Shown here: positions 40,062-48,940 of the stretch, piece after piece
Position numbering within the stretch: the stretch's first letter is position 1
How the letters are laid out: the number at the start of each line of letters is the position of its first letter
DNA from: Deltaproteobacteria bacterium
Lineage (GTDB): Bacteria; Desulfobacterota; Desulfomonilia; UBA1062
NCBI GenBank assembly: GCA_017992605.1
Contig: JAGOOG010000006.1
Location: forward strand, 55,276-119,275
DNA: 64,000 nucleotides
Reading direction: 5' to 3'
Program-made: the position numbers and the translations under genes
Notes under the pieces: model-generated
The model's database searches: none
What the model saw: the letters and a program-made list of their open reading frames with translations, nothing else
What the model was told of the DNA's origin: nothing

Positions 40062-41261
40062 GTGAAGACCATTATCCTGCTCGGTGACGGCATGGCCGAC
40101 GAACCCGTCGGGGAACTCGGTGGAAAGACCCCCCTCGAGGTCGCTCATATCCCCGTCATGGACAGCCTTGCCTCGAGGGGTGAACTGGGCATGGCACGGA
40201 CCGTCAAGAAGGGGTTCCCCCCGGGAAGCGATGTGGCGAACATGGCAGTGCTCGGTCTCGATCCGAGTACGTGTTATACAGGCAGGGCGCCGATCGAGGC
40301 CGTGAGCATGGGCGTTGATCTCCGGGCGGACGATACCGCATTCAGGATCAACCTGGTGACCATATCGTCCAGGGACGGCCGTCATGTCATGGAGGACTAC
40401 TGTTCGGCCCACATCTCCACGGAGGAGGCCCGCGTCCTCATCGAGGATCTCAGGGCCATCGTGGACGACAAGCCTGCCATAGTCATGTACCCAGGCATCG
40501 AATACCGCCATCTCATGGTCATAAACGGATATGACAGGCCCGGTCTCAGGACCACACCGCCGCATGATATCACGGGCGAATTCATCGAGGAGTACCTGCC
40601 GAACGATCCGCAGCTGGTGGACATAATCCACAGGTCCATGTCACTTCTCGAGGACCACCCGGTCAACCGATCCCGCAGGGAGAGAGGCACGCGCCCGGCC
40701 ACATCATTGTGGCCCTGGGGAGAGGGAAAGGCCATGCAGGTTCCTACGCTCCTCGATGAACACGGGGTCTCCGGGGCCATGATATCCGCGGTGGACCTTC
40801 TGAAAGGCCTGGGCAAGCTCAGGGGCATGGAAGTCATCGATGTTCCGGGGGCAACGGGCTGGATAGACACCAACTACGAGGGAAAGGCCGAGGCAGCCGT
40901 CGGCGCGCTGAAACGTCATGACCTCGTCTATGTACATGTGGAAGCGCCGGACGAGGCAGGCCACGGTGGATTCATCGACAAGAAGATCAAGGCGATCGAA
41001 GACTTCGATACCAGGATCGTCGGCCATATCCTTTCCCGCATGGAAGCGGGCGGGACACCCTTCAGGATGCTGGTCATGCCCGACCACCCTACCCCCATCT
41101 GCAAGAAAACCCACACAGACGATCCTGTACCTTTCATCATCTATGACAGCGCCGGCAGGTCTGTCCATGAAAGGCGCTTCACCGAACACGATGCCCGCAT
41201 GACAGGCCTGTTCGTAGAGGAAGGTTTTTCCCTGCTGGGGAGGCTTCTGAAAAGAAGCTGA
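40062..41261 (+). CDS. archaeal-type cofactor-independent phosphoglycerate mutase (ApgM) family protein; candidate non-orthologous homoserine kinase
   Basis: KTIILLGDGMADEP metalloenzyme N-terminus of the ApgM family. GTG start with a GGAGGA RBS. Lies immediately downstream of hom. Confidence 0.75.
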   Translation: MKTIILLGDGMADEPVGELGGKTPLEVAHIPVMDSLASRGELGMARTVKKGFPPGSDVANMAVLGLDPSTCYTGRAPIEAVSMGVDLRADDTAFRINLVTISSRDGRHVMEDYCSAHISTEEARVLIEDLRAIVDDKPAIVMYPGIEYRHLMVINGYDRPGLRTTPPHDITGEFIEEYLPNDPQLVDIIHRSMSLLEDHPVNRSRRERGTRPATSLWPWGEGKAMQVPTLLDEHGVSGAMISAVDLLKGLGKLRGMEVIDVPGATGWIDTNYEGKAEAAVGALKRHDLVYVHVEAPDEAGHGGFIDKKIKAIEDFDTRIVGHILSRMEAGGTPFRMLVMPDHPTPICKKTHTDDPVPFIIYDSAGRSVHERRFTEHDARMTGLFVEEGFSLLGRLLKRS

Positions 41262-41268
41262 ATCTCCT

Positions 41269-42168
41269 TCAGGTTCTTTTGAATGCGGTCATGAAGCTGC
41301 TCTGACGGTCGATCTCAATGTCGAGCTGACCCATGAGCGAGCCGATCTCTTCGGTGGAGAAGCTGCTGCGGTATTCCTGAACAATGGGCACGATATCCTG
41401 GTTGATCGTGGTGAAGTGATGGTCCCTCATGGGGGTGATTCCCTTGGCCGTGCACAGAACATCGGCCAGATGCACGCATACGGCGAACACCTGATGGTTC
41501 CTGGATGATGCCGGGTCGTGATGACAGGCCACCGCATCCACCACGTCAGCCGGGAACATCCACGAGGTCAGCAGCATGCGTCCCACCTCCTGGTGCGTAA
41601 TGCCAAGTATCCTTTCCTCGAGCGCGTGGTACCCGTAGAGATTCCCATCCTCTTCCATGGCGGTCAGAAGATAGTGGAAGGTCTCGCTCATGTACTGGGA
41701 GATGAAGATCTTGCCAACATCATGGAGGAGCCCTCCCACGAAGAATTTGCCGTCCACCTTCATGTTCAGGTACTTGGCAACCATGCGTGTTCCCACGCCA
41801 ACGGAGAACGAGTGTCTCCACAACTGTTCAGAGAAATCAGTTCCCTTCCGGTCGAACATCTGGAGAACGGACATGCTCAGGGCGATATTCTGTATCTCCT
41901 GGAATCCGAGGACCACCACTGCATGGGAGACATTGGAGATCTTCTTCACGAAGCCATAATAGGGTGAATTTGCAACCGTGAGGATCCTCGTCGTGAGTGC
42001 CGGATCGCTCTCTATGATGTTCGTGAGGTCGATGGCGGACGAGTTCTTCCTCGAGATCACCTCAATGATTTCATGAATGATGCTGGGCAGAGTCAGGATA
42101 TCCGGGGCTCTGGTCAAGATACCCACGATGCGTTCACGCTCGGTCGCAGAATCTCTGTACTCGTACAC
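41269..42168 (-). CDS. HDOD domain signalling protein
   Basis: HDOD pattern (LPSIIHEIIEVI..., ILTVANSPYYG, VVLGFQEI, HDVGKI). Confidence 0.8.
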   Translation of the reverse strand: MYEYRDSATERERIVGILTRAPDILTLPSIIHEIIEVISRKNSSAIDLTNIIESDPALTTRILTVANSPYYGFVKKISNVSHAVVVLGFQEIQNIALSMSVLQMFDRKGTDFSEQLWRHSFSVGVGTRMVAKYLNMKVDGKFFVGGLLHDVGKIFISQYMSETFHYLLTAMEEDGNLYGYHALEERILGITHQEVGRMLLTSWMFPADVVDAVACHHDPASSRNHQVFAVCVHLADVLCTAKGITPMRDHHFTTINQDIVPIVQEYRSSFSTEEIGSLMGQLDIEIDRQSSFMTAFKRT

Positions 42169-42267
42169 ATAGAATCAGTCGGTAGGACCGGCATCTTTCT
42201 TAAATATGCAGGCGTGGCCATTCCTGCATACCCATGACCCACCAGACCCCGCGCGGGTGTTCTCATA

Positions 42268-43392
42268 ATGAAATTGGACTCAAGAGTGAAGTCCTTGATC
42301 CCGATAAGATCGGTGATGGAAACGAGTGTTATTCTCTGGGTTATCATCATTCTGGCCGCGGGCGTTGTCATGACGATCGTCCTGACAAACTCCAGAAAGG
42401 AAGACAGGAAGCCTGTACTGAAAAAGTCTCCTGCCAGGTACGTGACCGTATCCTCCAGCGAGGACATACAGACGTTCATGGATGTCTACAGTCTCGAATG
42501 GAAGCCTGACCGCGACAAAGAGCCGGAGATTCCCCCGCAGGTCGAAGAGATCATCGACAAGATAGACAACATATCCCCGCTTGTCACGGAACTCTCATCC
42601 AAGCTGAACGATCCGGACATCAACCCGAAGGAAATCAGCAAGATCATCATACAGGACCAGGGGCTTACCTCTTTCATCCTCCGCCGGGTCAATTCACCCT
42701 TCTATGGCCTCCTCCAGAAGGTCGACAATATCTTCAATGCCATCGTTATCCTCGGTTATAACGAGATCTACCGGATCGTCATGGAGGAACGGACCCGGAA
42801 GATCGGTATCCAGCCTGACAAGACAGAATGGGTCCACGCCAATCTCACCTCGAATATTGCGGCGTACCTCGCCGGTGTCAGCCGCCTCGGGGTTCCGGGC
42901 GGCACCATGGTCACCCTGGGAATGCTCCATGACATCGCTCGGACAGTCATGACCAGGTCACTGCCCCAGCCCGAGACAGGATTTTCCGTTGACCCGCGAC
43001 AACACCTCAAGCAGGAGATCGACCTCTACGGCATCGACCATGCAACCCTCGGCGGCATCCTTGCACAGCGGTGGGGCATGCCCCCCAGACTCGTGTCATG
43101 CATAGCAAGACATCACTGGCCCATGTTCTGGCCATTGAGGGACATCGGCCAGTCCAACAATGACACCATCAAGGAGCTTTCCATTCTCGCCGTCTCTGAT
43201 ATCGCAGCAAAGAACTTCACCCAGGAGATCACCGGAGCCTATATCGGCGACGATTATTATCGCTACATCAACAAGCCTCCCAGGATGGACAGCATCCTGA
43301 TCCCGGAGATCACCAAGGATCTCAAACGTATCCGCAGGATCATGCTTAATACCGACGAGGAAAGCCAGGATCTTCTCGAGAAGGTCCAGTAG
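42268..43392 (+). CDS. membrane-anchored HDOD domain protein
   Basis: N-terminal TM helix, then the HDOD core (ILRRVNSPFYGLLQKVDNIFNAIVILGYNEI, GMLHDIARTV). Confidence 0.75.
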   Translation: MKLDSRVKSLIPIRSVMETSVILWVIIILAAGVVMTIVLTNSRKEDRKPVLKKSPARYVTVSSSEDIQTFMDVYSLEWKPDRDKEPEIPPQVEEIIDKIDNISPLVTELSSKLNDPDINPKEISKIIIQDQGLTSFILRRVNSPFYGLLQKVDNIFNAIVILGYNEIYRIVMEERTRKIGIQPDKTEWVHANLTSNIAAYLAGVSRLGVPGGTMVTLGMLHDIARTVMTRSLPQPETGFSVDPRQHLKQEIDLYGIDHATLGGILAQRWGMPPRLVSCIARHHWPMFWPLRDIGQSNNDTIKELSILAVSDIAAKNFTQEITGAYIGDDYYRYINKPPRMDSILIPEITKDLKRIRRIMLNTDEESQDLLEKVQ

Positions 43393-43414
43393 TCTTGTTC
43401 CCCCGATCGACACG

Positions 43415-43453
43415 AAAAGAAAGGCCGGGAATAACCCGGCCTTTCACCTTTTC
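43415..43453. terminator. bidirectional rho-independent terminator
   Basis: GC-rich hairpin AAAGGCCGGG-aataa-CCCGGCCTTT flanked by an A-tract on one side and a T-tract on the other. Sits between convergent genes. Confidence 0.75.
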
Positions 43454-43473
43454 TGAGGTAATGATCTGCCTGG

Positions 43474-43740
43474 TCAACTGATTATTTGCGAGATACGATG
43501 CTCATTGAGGTTGTATAATCCCAAAGAGGCGTTCTCCATGTCTCTGGTCACGTGGCAGAGGATCTTCTTTGCCTCCTCCACGGTCTCTACCCGCGATCGT
43601 GAAGCCTGCTTATTCTCCACGGAGACGATGTCCTCCACCTGTTTCCTGGACCGCGTATCCTGGACCTTTCTGGCAAACTGGTCCTCTTTGTCCTTTGTGA
43701 CCATGTTGATTACATTCCCCAATTCAGGATTGACCTTCAT
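43474..43740 (-). CDS. hypothetical small protein (88 aa)
   Basis: Charged, helical-looking ORF downstream of rsmI. No confident family assignment. Confidence 0.4.
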   Translation of the reverse strand: MKVNPELGNVINMVTKDKEDQFARKVQDTRSRKQVEDIVSVENKQASRSRVETVEEAKKILCHVTRDMENASLGLYNLNEHRISQIIS

Positions 43741-43791
43741 AATGGTCCCCCTTCAGAAAATATACATAACACGTATCGGAAGGCTTCATAT

Positions 43792-44628
43792 TTACTTGAG
43801 AGTTTTTTTCACATCGAGGATCATCGGGTATAGTTCATTCCTGTTGATGCCGGTTTCCCGGGAGAGCATCAGGAGGGCGTCCCTCACGGAACAGCCTCTT
43901 TCAAGAAGCTTGCCGGCCATCTCTCGCAGGGTGTCGGCCTGGAAAGACTCTTCATGCGTGGCGCTGTTCACGAGCACCGTGACCTCGCCTCTGACCGGGG
44001 AGTCCTGCACTGCACCGAGGACCTTTTCAACCGTGCCGACCAGATACTGTTCATGAATCTTGGTGAGTTCCCTGGCCAGGCATATCTCCCGGTCTGGAAC
44101 CCGACGGTGAATCATAAAGAGCGTCCGCTCGATTCTCCTGGGTGATTCATAGAAGATCGTCACCTCATCAGAGAGGCCCATCCTCTGGATCTCCTTTTCC
44201 ATGGCCTCCTTTTTCCTCGGGAAGAAGCCAATGAACCGAAAAGGATGCGTGAAGCCCGATGCCGAAAAGGCTGTAATAAGGGCGGAAGGTCCAGGAAGCG
44301 CGACTACGGGGATGCCACGAGACCTCGCCAGACCGATTACCCGTGAGCCCGGATCAGACACTGCAGGGGTACCGGCATCGCTGACCAGGGCCACGTGTTT
44401 CCCTTCTTCCAGCTGATCGATGATATATGCCGACCGTCTGGCCTCGCTGAACTTTTCACAGGACACGAGCTGTTTGGAGATACTGTAGTGACTCAGCAGC
44501 TTCCTGGTGTGTCTGGTGTCTTCGCAGAAAATGATATCCACATCCCGGAGCACATCGAGTGCACGCAGCGTGATGTCCCTGAGGTTTCCCAGTGGCGTAG
44601 GAACGATATACAAGGTCGGTTTCCCCAT
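43792..44628 (-). CDS. rsmI: 16S rRNA (cytidine1402-2'-O)-methyltransferase
   Basis: LYIVPTPLGNLRDITLRALDVL...DIIFCEDTRHT tetrapyrrole-methylase-fold N-terminus typical of RsmI. Confidence 0.9.
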   Translation of the reverse strand: MGKPTLYIVPTPLGNLRDITLRALDVLRDVDIIFCEDTRHTRKLLSHYSISKQLVSCEKFSEARRSAYIIDQLEEGKHVALVSDAGTPAVSDPGSRVIGLARSRGIPVVALPGPSALITAFSASGFTHPFRFIGFFPRKKEAMEKEIQRMGLSDEVTIFYESPRRIERTLFMIHRRVPDREICLARELTKIHEQYLVGTVEKVLGAVQDSPVRGEVTVLVNSATHEESFQADTLREMAGKLLERGCSVRDALLMLSRETGINRNELYPMILDVKKTLK

Positions 44629-44713
44629 GGAAGGCAGACACTTTCTCCTTTTTCACCAGCTTTTGTTATGATATATATGATTATTACCGTTAAGGGAAGG
44701 AAGAGGCCTGTCC
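44629..44713. promoter_or_regulatory. AT-rich divergent promoter region
   Basis: TTGTTATGATATATATGATTATTACC lies between divergent rsmI and the decarboxylase gene. It contains -10-like TATGAT/TATATA hexamers. Confidence 0.3.
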
Positions 44714-46426
44714 ATGGAGTCTTTGAAGCTCGACGGCATGCTGCACGACAAGAACATCGAGAGCACTCCCGAGTACATGCGTAAGCTCTTCATAATGCCC
44801 GACTCATCGGACAGGTTCGTGGAATTCGGGGTTCATCTCCTCGACATGATCCATGACTTCTTCAAGGAAAAAGGCGGCATCCATTCTTCCATATCCATGG
44901 AAGACCTTGCCAATATCTTCTGCAACATAGAGATGCCCTCTCATCCCCAGCTCATAAAAGACGTACTCAACGAGATCAAAAACAACATAATCAAACATTC
45001 GGTGAAGGTGGCCAACCCCTATTACATTGGCCACATGACCAGCGCAGTTCCCTACTTCATGATTCTTCTCGAGATGATCGCAGTGAGCCTCAACCAGAAC
45101 CAGGTGAAGATCGAGAGCGCCAAGGCATCGACCTTTGTGGAACGGGAGTTTCTGTGCTGGATCCACCATCTCATCTATGACAACATCCCCGAGTTCTACA
45201 GGAAACATATCCAGAACCCCAAGATAGCTCTGGGAAACATAACCTCCGACGGCACCATGGCCAACCTCACGGCACTGACTCTGGCCATGGCGAAGGCATT
45301 TCCGCCCGACACGAGAGGCTTCAGGGGGGTCCGCGTGGAGGGGCTTGCCCGTGCCCTCGACCACTACGGATACCGCCAGGCTCTGTTCCTCGTATCCAGA
45401 CGCGGGCACTATTCCATCTGCAAGGCCGGAACCATCCTGGGCATCGGTGAGCACGGGGTCGTCCACGTACCGGTTCAGCCCTGCCTGAACACCATCGACA
45501 TAAGCAAGTTGCTGTGTATCATTGACAAGATACGGAAAGAGGACAAGGCGGCAGGCCTACCCACGAAGTTCGTCGCCCTTGTCGGCATAGCCGGGACCAC
45601 GGAGACAGGCAACATCGATGACCTGGACTCCCTTGCGGAGATCGCCCGCGACCTGGGCGCCCATTTCCACGTGGACGCTGCATGGGGTGGAGGGGCATTG
45701 CTCATGGAGGGGGCGCGGCCCATGATGAAGGGCATCGAGAAGGCCGACTCCGTGACCATGGACGCACACAAGCTGCTCTACGCGCCGAACAGCATGGGCA
45801 TCTGCGTATTCAGAAACGGGGATGATTCACGTCACCTCTACCATACATCCAATTACATCATCCGCGAGGGTTCCGTGGATCAGGGCCGGTTCACCATCGA
45901 AGGTTCGCGTTCGTTCTCGTGTCTCAAACCGTGGGCAGCCATCAAGATTATCGGCAGACACGGGTACAGGCTCATCTTCGACCATGCCCGCGACCTGCAG
46001 AATACCTTTGTGGAGTTCATAGAGCGCGATCCGCTTTTCGAACTCATGAACAAACCCGAGCTCTTTATCATAAACTACCGTTTCGTCCCCGAGGAGCTCA
46101 GGTCACAGCTCAAGAACCTCATGAAGAACCCGAAGAAGAACTCCGACCGCATCACCCTCATCAACAAGATAATCAACACCATCAACATCGAGCTACACAA
46201 GACCATCAGGGACCATGACACGTCCTTCGTGTCTCGCACCAGGCTGGAGTCCACCCCGTATGCCCCGAGAAAGATCGTCGTGCTCCGGGCCATTACCATC
46301 AATCCGAACACGGAGCGCTACATGCTCAAGCAGGTCCTGAACGAGCACAGGAGCATGGGCATCAGGATTTGGAACGACATGAAGAAGACCAGCGGCGACT
46401 CCAGAGAAGTCCTCGGCTCTTCATGA
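44714..46426 (+). CDS. group II PLP-dependent amino-acid decarboxylase
   Basis: HVDAAWGGG and the PLP-lysine motif SVTMDAHK. Fold-type I decarboxylase architecture, 570 aa. Confidence 0.8.
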   Translation: MESLKLDGMLHDKNIESTPEYMRKLFIMPDSSDRFVEFGVHLLDMIHDFFKEKGGIHSSISMEDLANIFCNIEMPSHPQLIKDVLNEIKNNIIKHSVKVANPYYIGHMTSAVPYFMILLEMIAVSLNQNQVKIESAKASTFVEREFLCWIHHLIYDNIPEFYRKHIQNPKIALGNITSDGTMANLTALTLAMAKAFPPDTRGFRGVRVEGLARALDHYGYRQALFLVSRRGHYSICKAGTILGIGEHGVVHVPVQPCLNTIDISKLLCIIDKIRKEDKAAGLPTKFVALVGIAGTTETGNIDDLDSLAEIARDLGAHFHVDAAWGGGALLMEGARPMMKGIEKADSVTMDAHKLLYAPNSMGICVFRNGDDSRHLYHTSNYIIREGSVDQGRFTIEGSRSFSCLKPWAAIKIIGRHGYRLIFDHARDLQNTFVEFIERDPLFELMNKPELFIINYRFVPEELRSQLKNLMKNPKKNSDRITLINKIINTINIELHKTIRDHDTSFVSRTRLESTPYAPRKIVVLRAITINPNTERYMLKQVLNEHRSMGIRIWNDMKKTSGDSREVLGSS

Positions 46427-46504
46427 CCGATCCTTCTCTTGCCTGCTCTGCACCCCTGTCTTTTCTCATCAGCCGATTGACAACCTTCGTTCCAGCCTCT
46501 ATCT

Positions 46505-48397
46505 TTGATACTAATCATGATCCACGACTGGCAGACAACCTATCATAAGAAACTGACCGATGCCAGAACGGCCCTGTCCCGCATCAACAGAGGCGCCCGG
46601 ATATTCATCGGATCTGCCTGCGGAGAGCCGCAGCTCCTGGTCAAAACCCTCATCGATGTTGCGGAGAATCTTGCCGATACCCAGATCATACACTTTCTCG
46701 ATCTCGGGATCGCGCCCTACACCGATGAGAAATTCGACGACAACTTCCGCCACAACGCCCTCTTCATAGGGGCCAGTACCCGCAAGGCCATCAAGGAAGG
46801 CAGGGCAGACTATACCCCCATATTCCTTTCCGAGATACCACTCCTCATGGTGCGGGGAAGCATGCCCATCGACGTTGCGCTCATAACCGTCTCGCCTCCG
46901 GACAACAACGGTTATGTGAGCTGCGGCATATCCGTGGACATCACCAAGACCGCAGCGGAGGTCGCCCGGTACGTCGTCGCAGAGGTCAACCCGAACATGC
47001 CCCGGACGCTCGGCGACAGCTTCCTTCACGTCAACGAGATCGACGCTTTCGTGGAGAACGACATACCCCTGCTGGAATTCGAGCAAAAGGCACCCGGTGA
47101 CATTGCCCGCACCATCGGCGAACACCTGGCCGATCTCATCGAGAACGAGGCCACCATTCAGACGGGAGTGGGAAGGATCCCCAACTCCGTCTTTCCCTAC
47201 CTCATGAAGAAGAGAGACCTCGGCATCCACACTGAGACCTTCACCGAGGGCATCATCGACCTCATCGAGGCCGGTGTGGTCACCTGCAGGAAGAAGACCC
47301 TGCACCCCGGCAAGATCGTGGCGGCGTTCTGCATGGGGACGAAGAAACTCTACGACTATGTTCATAACAATCCCCTCTTCGAATTTCAGCCCTGCAGGTA
47401 TGTCAACGACCCCTATGTGATCGCACGGAACGACAGGATGATCTCCATCAATTCCGCGCTCACCGTTGACCTCACCGGCCAGGTCTGTTCAGACTCCCTC
47501 GGTTTCCTCTTCTACAGCGGCATAGGCGGTCAGGTGGACTTCGTTCGCGGTTCATCCATGTCCAGGAGGGGGAAATCCATCATGGTCCTGCCCTCCACCA
47601 CCGACGACGGGGAGAAGTCGAGGATCGTTCCCTACCACTACCCGGGCAGCGGGGTCGTGGTCACGAGGGGAGACATCCATTACGTGGTCACGGAATACGG
47701 TGTAGCCTATGTACACGGCAAGTCGATCCGTGAACGGGCCATGGCGCTCATCAGCATTGCCCACCCGAAGTTCAGGGACGAATTGCTCGAGGCCGCAAAG
47801 AATCAGGGCTACGTCTTCAAGGACCAGATTCTTCCCGTGGTCCTCTACCCCAAGGAGTACGAGACATACTGGACCGACAACAGGGGCACGGAGATTTTCT
47901 TCCGACCGGTCAAATCCACCGATGAACGGGCGATCCAGGACATGATCTATGCCCTTCCGGAGCAGGACGTCTACACCCGCTTCTTCCAGAACCTCAAGTC
48001 CTTCTCACACAGGCTCGCCATGCCGCTGGCCGCCATAGACTACAACGACAAGATGGCCATCGCCGCAGTCACCGGAAGGGAAGAGCCTGAAAGCAGGGAG
48101 GAGATCGTCGCGGTCGGCCACTATATTCGGGATCCCCAGACCAATTTCGCCGAGGTCGCGTTCACCACGCACCACGGGTGGCAGAGCCGCGGGATAGGAA
48201 CCTTTCTGCTTCGGTATCTCATCCGCATCGCGAGAGAAAAGAACATCTCAGGGTTCACGGCGGACGTGCTCGCGCGGAACACCCCCATGATGAAGGTGTT
48301 CACCAGAGCCGGTTATCAGGTCAAGACACATCTGGAATACGGCATATACGAACTCGAAATACCTTTCGGCGATGGAGAGGATGCACCGTCGACCTGA
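46505..48397 (+). CDS. fused acetyl-CoA hydrolase/transferase family protein + GNAT N-acetyltransferase
   Basis: The N-terminal ~430 aa resemble 4-hydroxybutyrate/acetyl-CoA CoA-transferases. The C-terminal ~170 aa have GNAT motifs (AVGHYIRD..., QSRGIGTFLLRYLIRIAREKNI). Confidence 0.75.
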   Translation: MILIMIHDWQTTYHKKLTDARTALSRINRGARIFIGSACGEPQLLVKTLIDVAENLADTQIIHFLDLGIAPYTDEKFDDNFRHNALFIGASTRKAIKEGRADYTPIFLSEIPLLMVRGSMPIDVALITVSPPDNNGYVSCGISVDITKTAAEVARYVVAEVNPNMPRTLGDSFLHVNEIDAFVENDIPLLEFEQKAPGDIARTIGEHLADLIENEATIQTGVGRIPNSVFPYLMKKRDLGIHTETFTEGIIDLIEAGVVTCRKKTLHPGKIVAAFCMGTKKLYDYVHNNPLFEFQPCRYVNDPYVIARNDRMISINSALTVDLTGQVCSDSLGFLFYSGIGGQVDFVRGSSMSRRGKSIMVLPSTTDDGEKSRIVPYHYPGSGVVVTRGDIHYVVTEYGVAYVHGKSIRERAMALISIAHPKFRDELLEAAKNQGYVFKDQILPVVLYPKEYETYWTDNRGTEIFFRPVKSTDERAIQDMIYALPEQDVYTRFFQNLKSFSHRLAMPLAAIDYNDKMAIAAVTGREEPESREEIVAVGHYIRDPQTNFAEVAFTTHHGWQSRGIGTFLLRYLIRIAREKNISGFTADVLARNTPMMKVFTRAGYQVKTHLEYGIYELEIPFGDGEDAPST

Positions 48398-48412
48398 AGA
48401 CCGGATCCTGTT

Positions 48413-48838
48413 CTACCCTGACCGTTCCCCGCGGAGATGCCTTATCAGGTAGTTCATGAGATCCGAGATCGTTATGATCCCCACGAGCCTGCCGCCGTCA
48501 ACGACCGGCAGCCCGCCTATCTTGTTGCGCTCCATGATTTCTGCCGCCTTGAGAATATCATCCTCAGGACTTGTGGTGAGCGGGTTGTTCGTCATGCTGC
48601 TGCCGACCGTGACGCTGTCGAGGAGGTATTCATCTGCGGACCGCTCGCGAATGACCACGGGTGAGTTCAGCGCCTGCCTGATGTCCCTGTCCGTGACGAT
48701 CCCGACAAGAGTCCCCTCTCTCACAACGGGTATCCGCCTGAACCTGCCCGCTGACATCATTCTGATGGCTTCCCTCAGTGTGTCGACGGTCCTTATGGTG
48801 ACGACGTTGGTGGTCATGAGATCCTTGACCTGATCCAT
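48413..48838 (-). CDS. CBS domain pair protein
   Basis: Two CBS motifs (LMTTNVVTI..., GGLPVVDGGRLVGIITISDLM). Confidence 0.85.
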   Translation of the reverse strand: MDQVKDLMTTNVVTIRTVDTLREAIRMMSAGRFRRIPVVREGTLVGIVTDRDIRQALNSPVVIRERSADEYLLDSVTVGSSMTNNPLTTSPEDDILKAAEIMERNKIGGLPVVDGGRLVGIITISDLMNYLIRHLRGERSG

Positions 48839-48940
48839 GCGAACGGGTACCTCCTCCCATGCTTATGCATCACCCAATACCACAGCACGGCCCCATGTGG
48901 AAGGCCGCGCTGGGATAAGGCGTATTGGTGAAGGAGGATT

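Noticed and set aside
43474-43740. 88-aa ORF as anti-sigma-28 factor FlgM
   Set aside because: Size and charge fit, but the conserved FlgM C-terminal helix motif is not recognisable and there are no flagellar genes nearby. Left as hypothetical.
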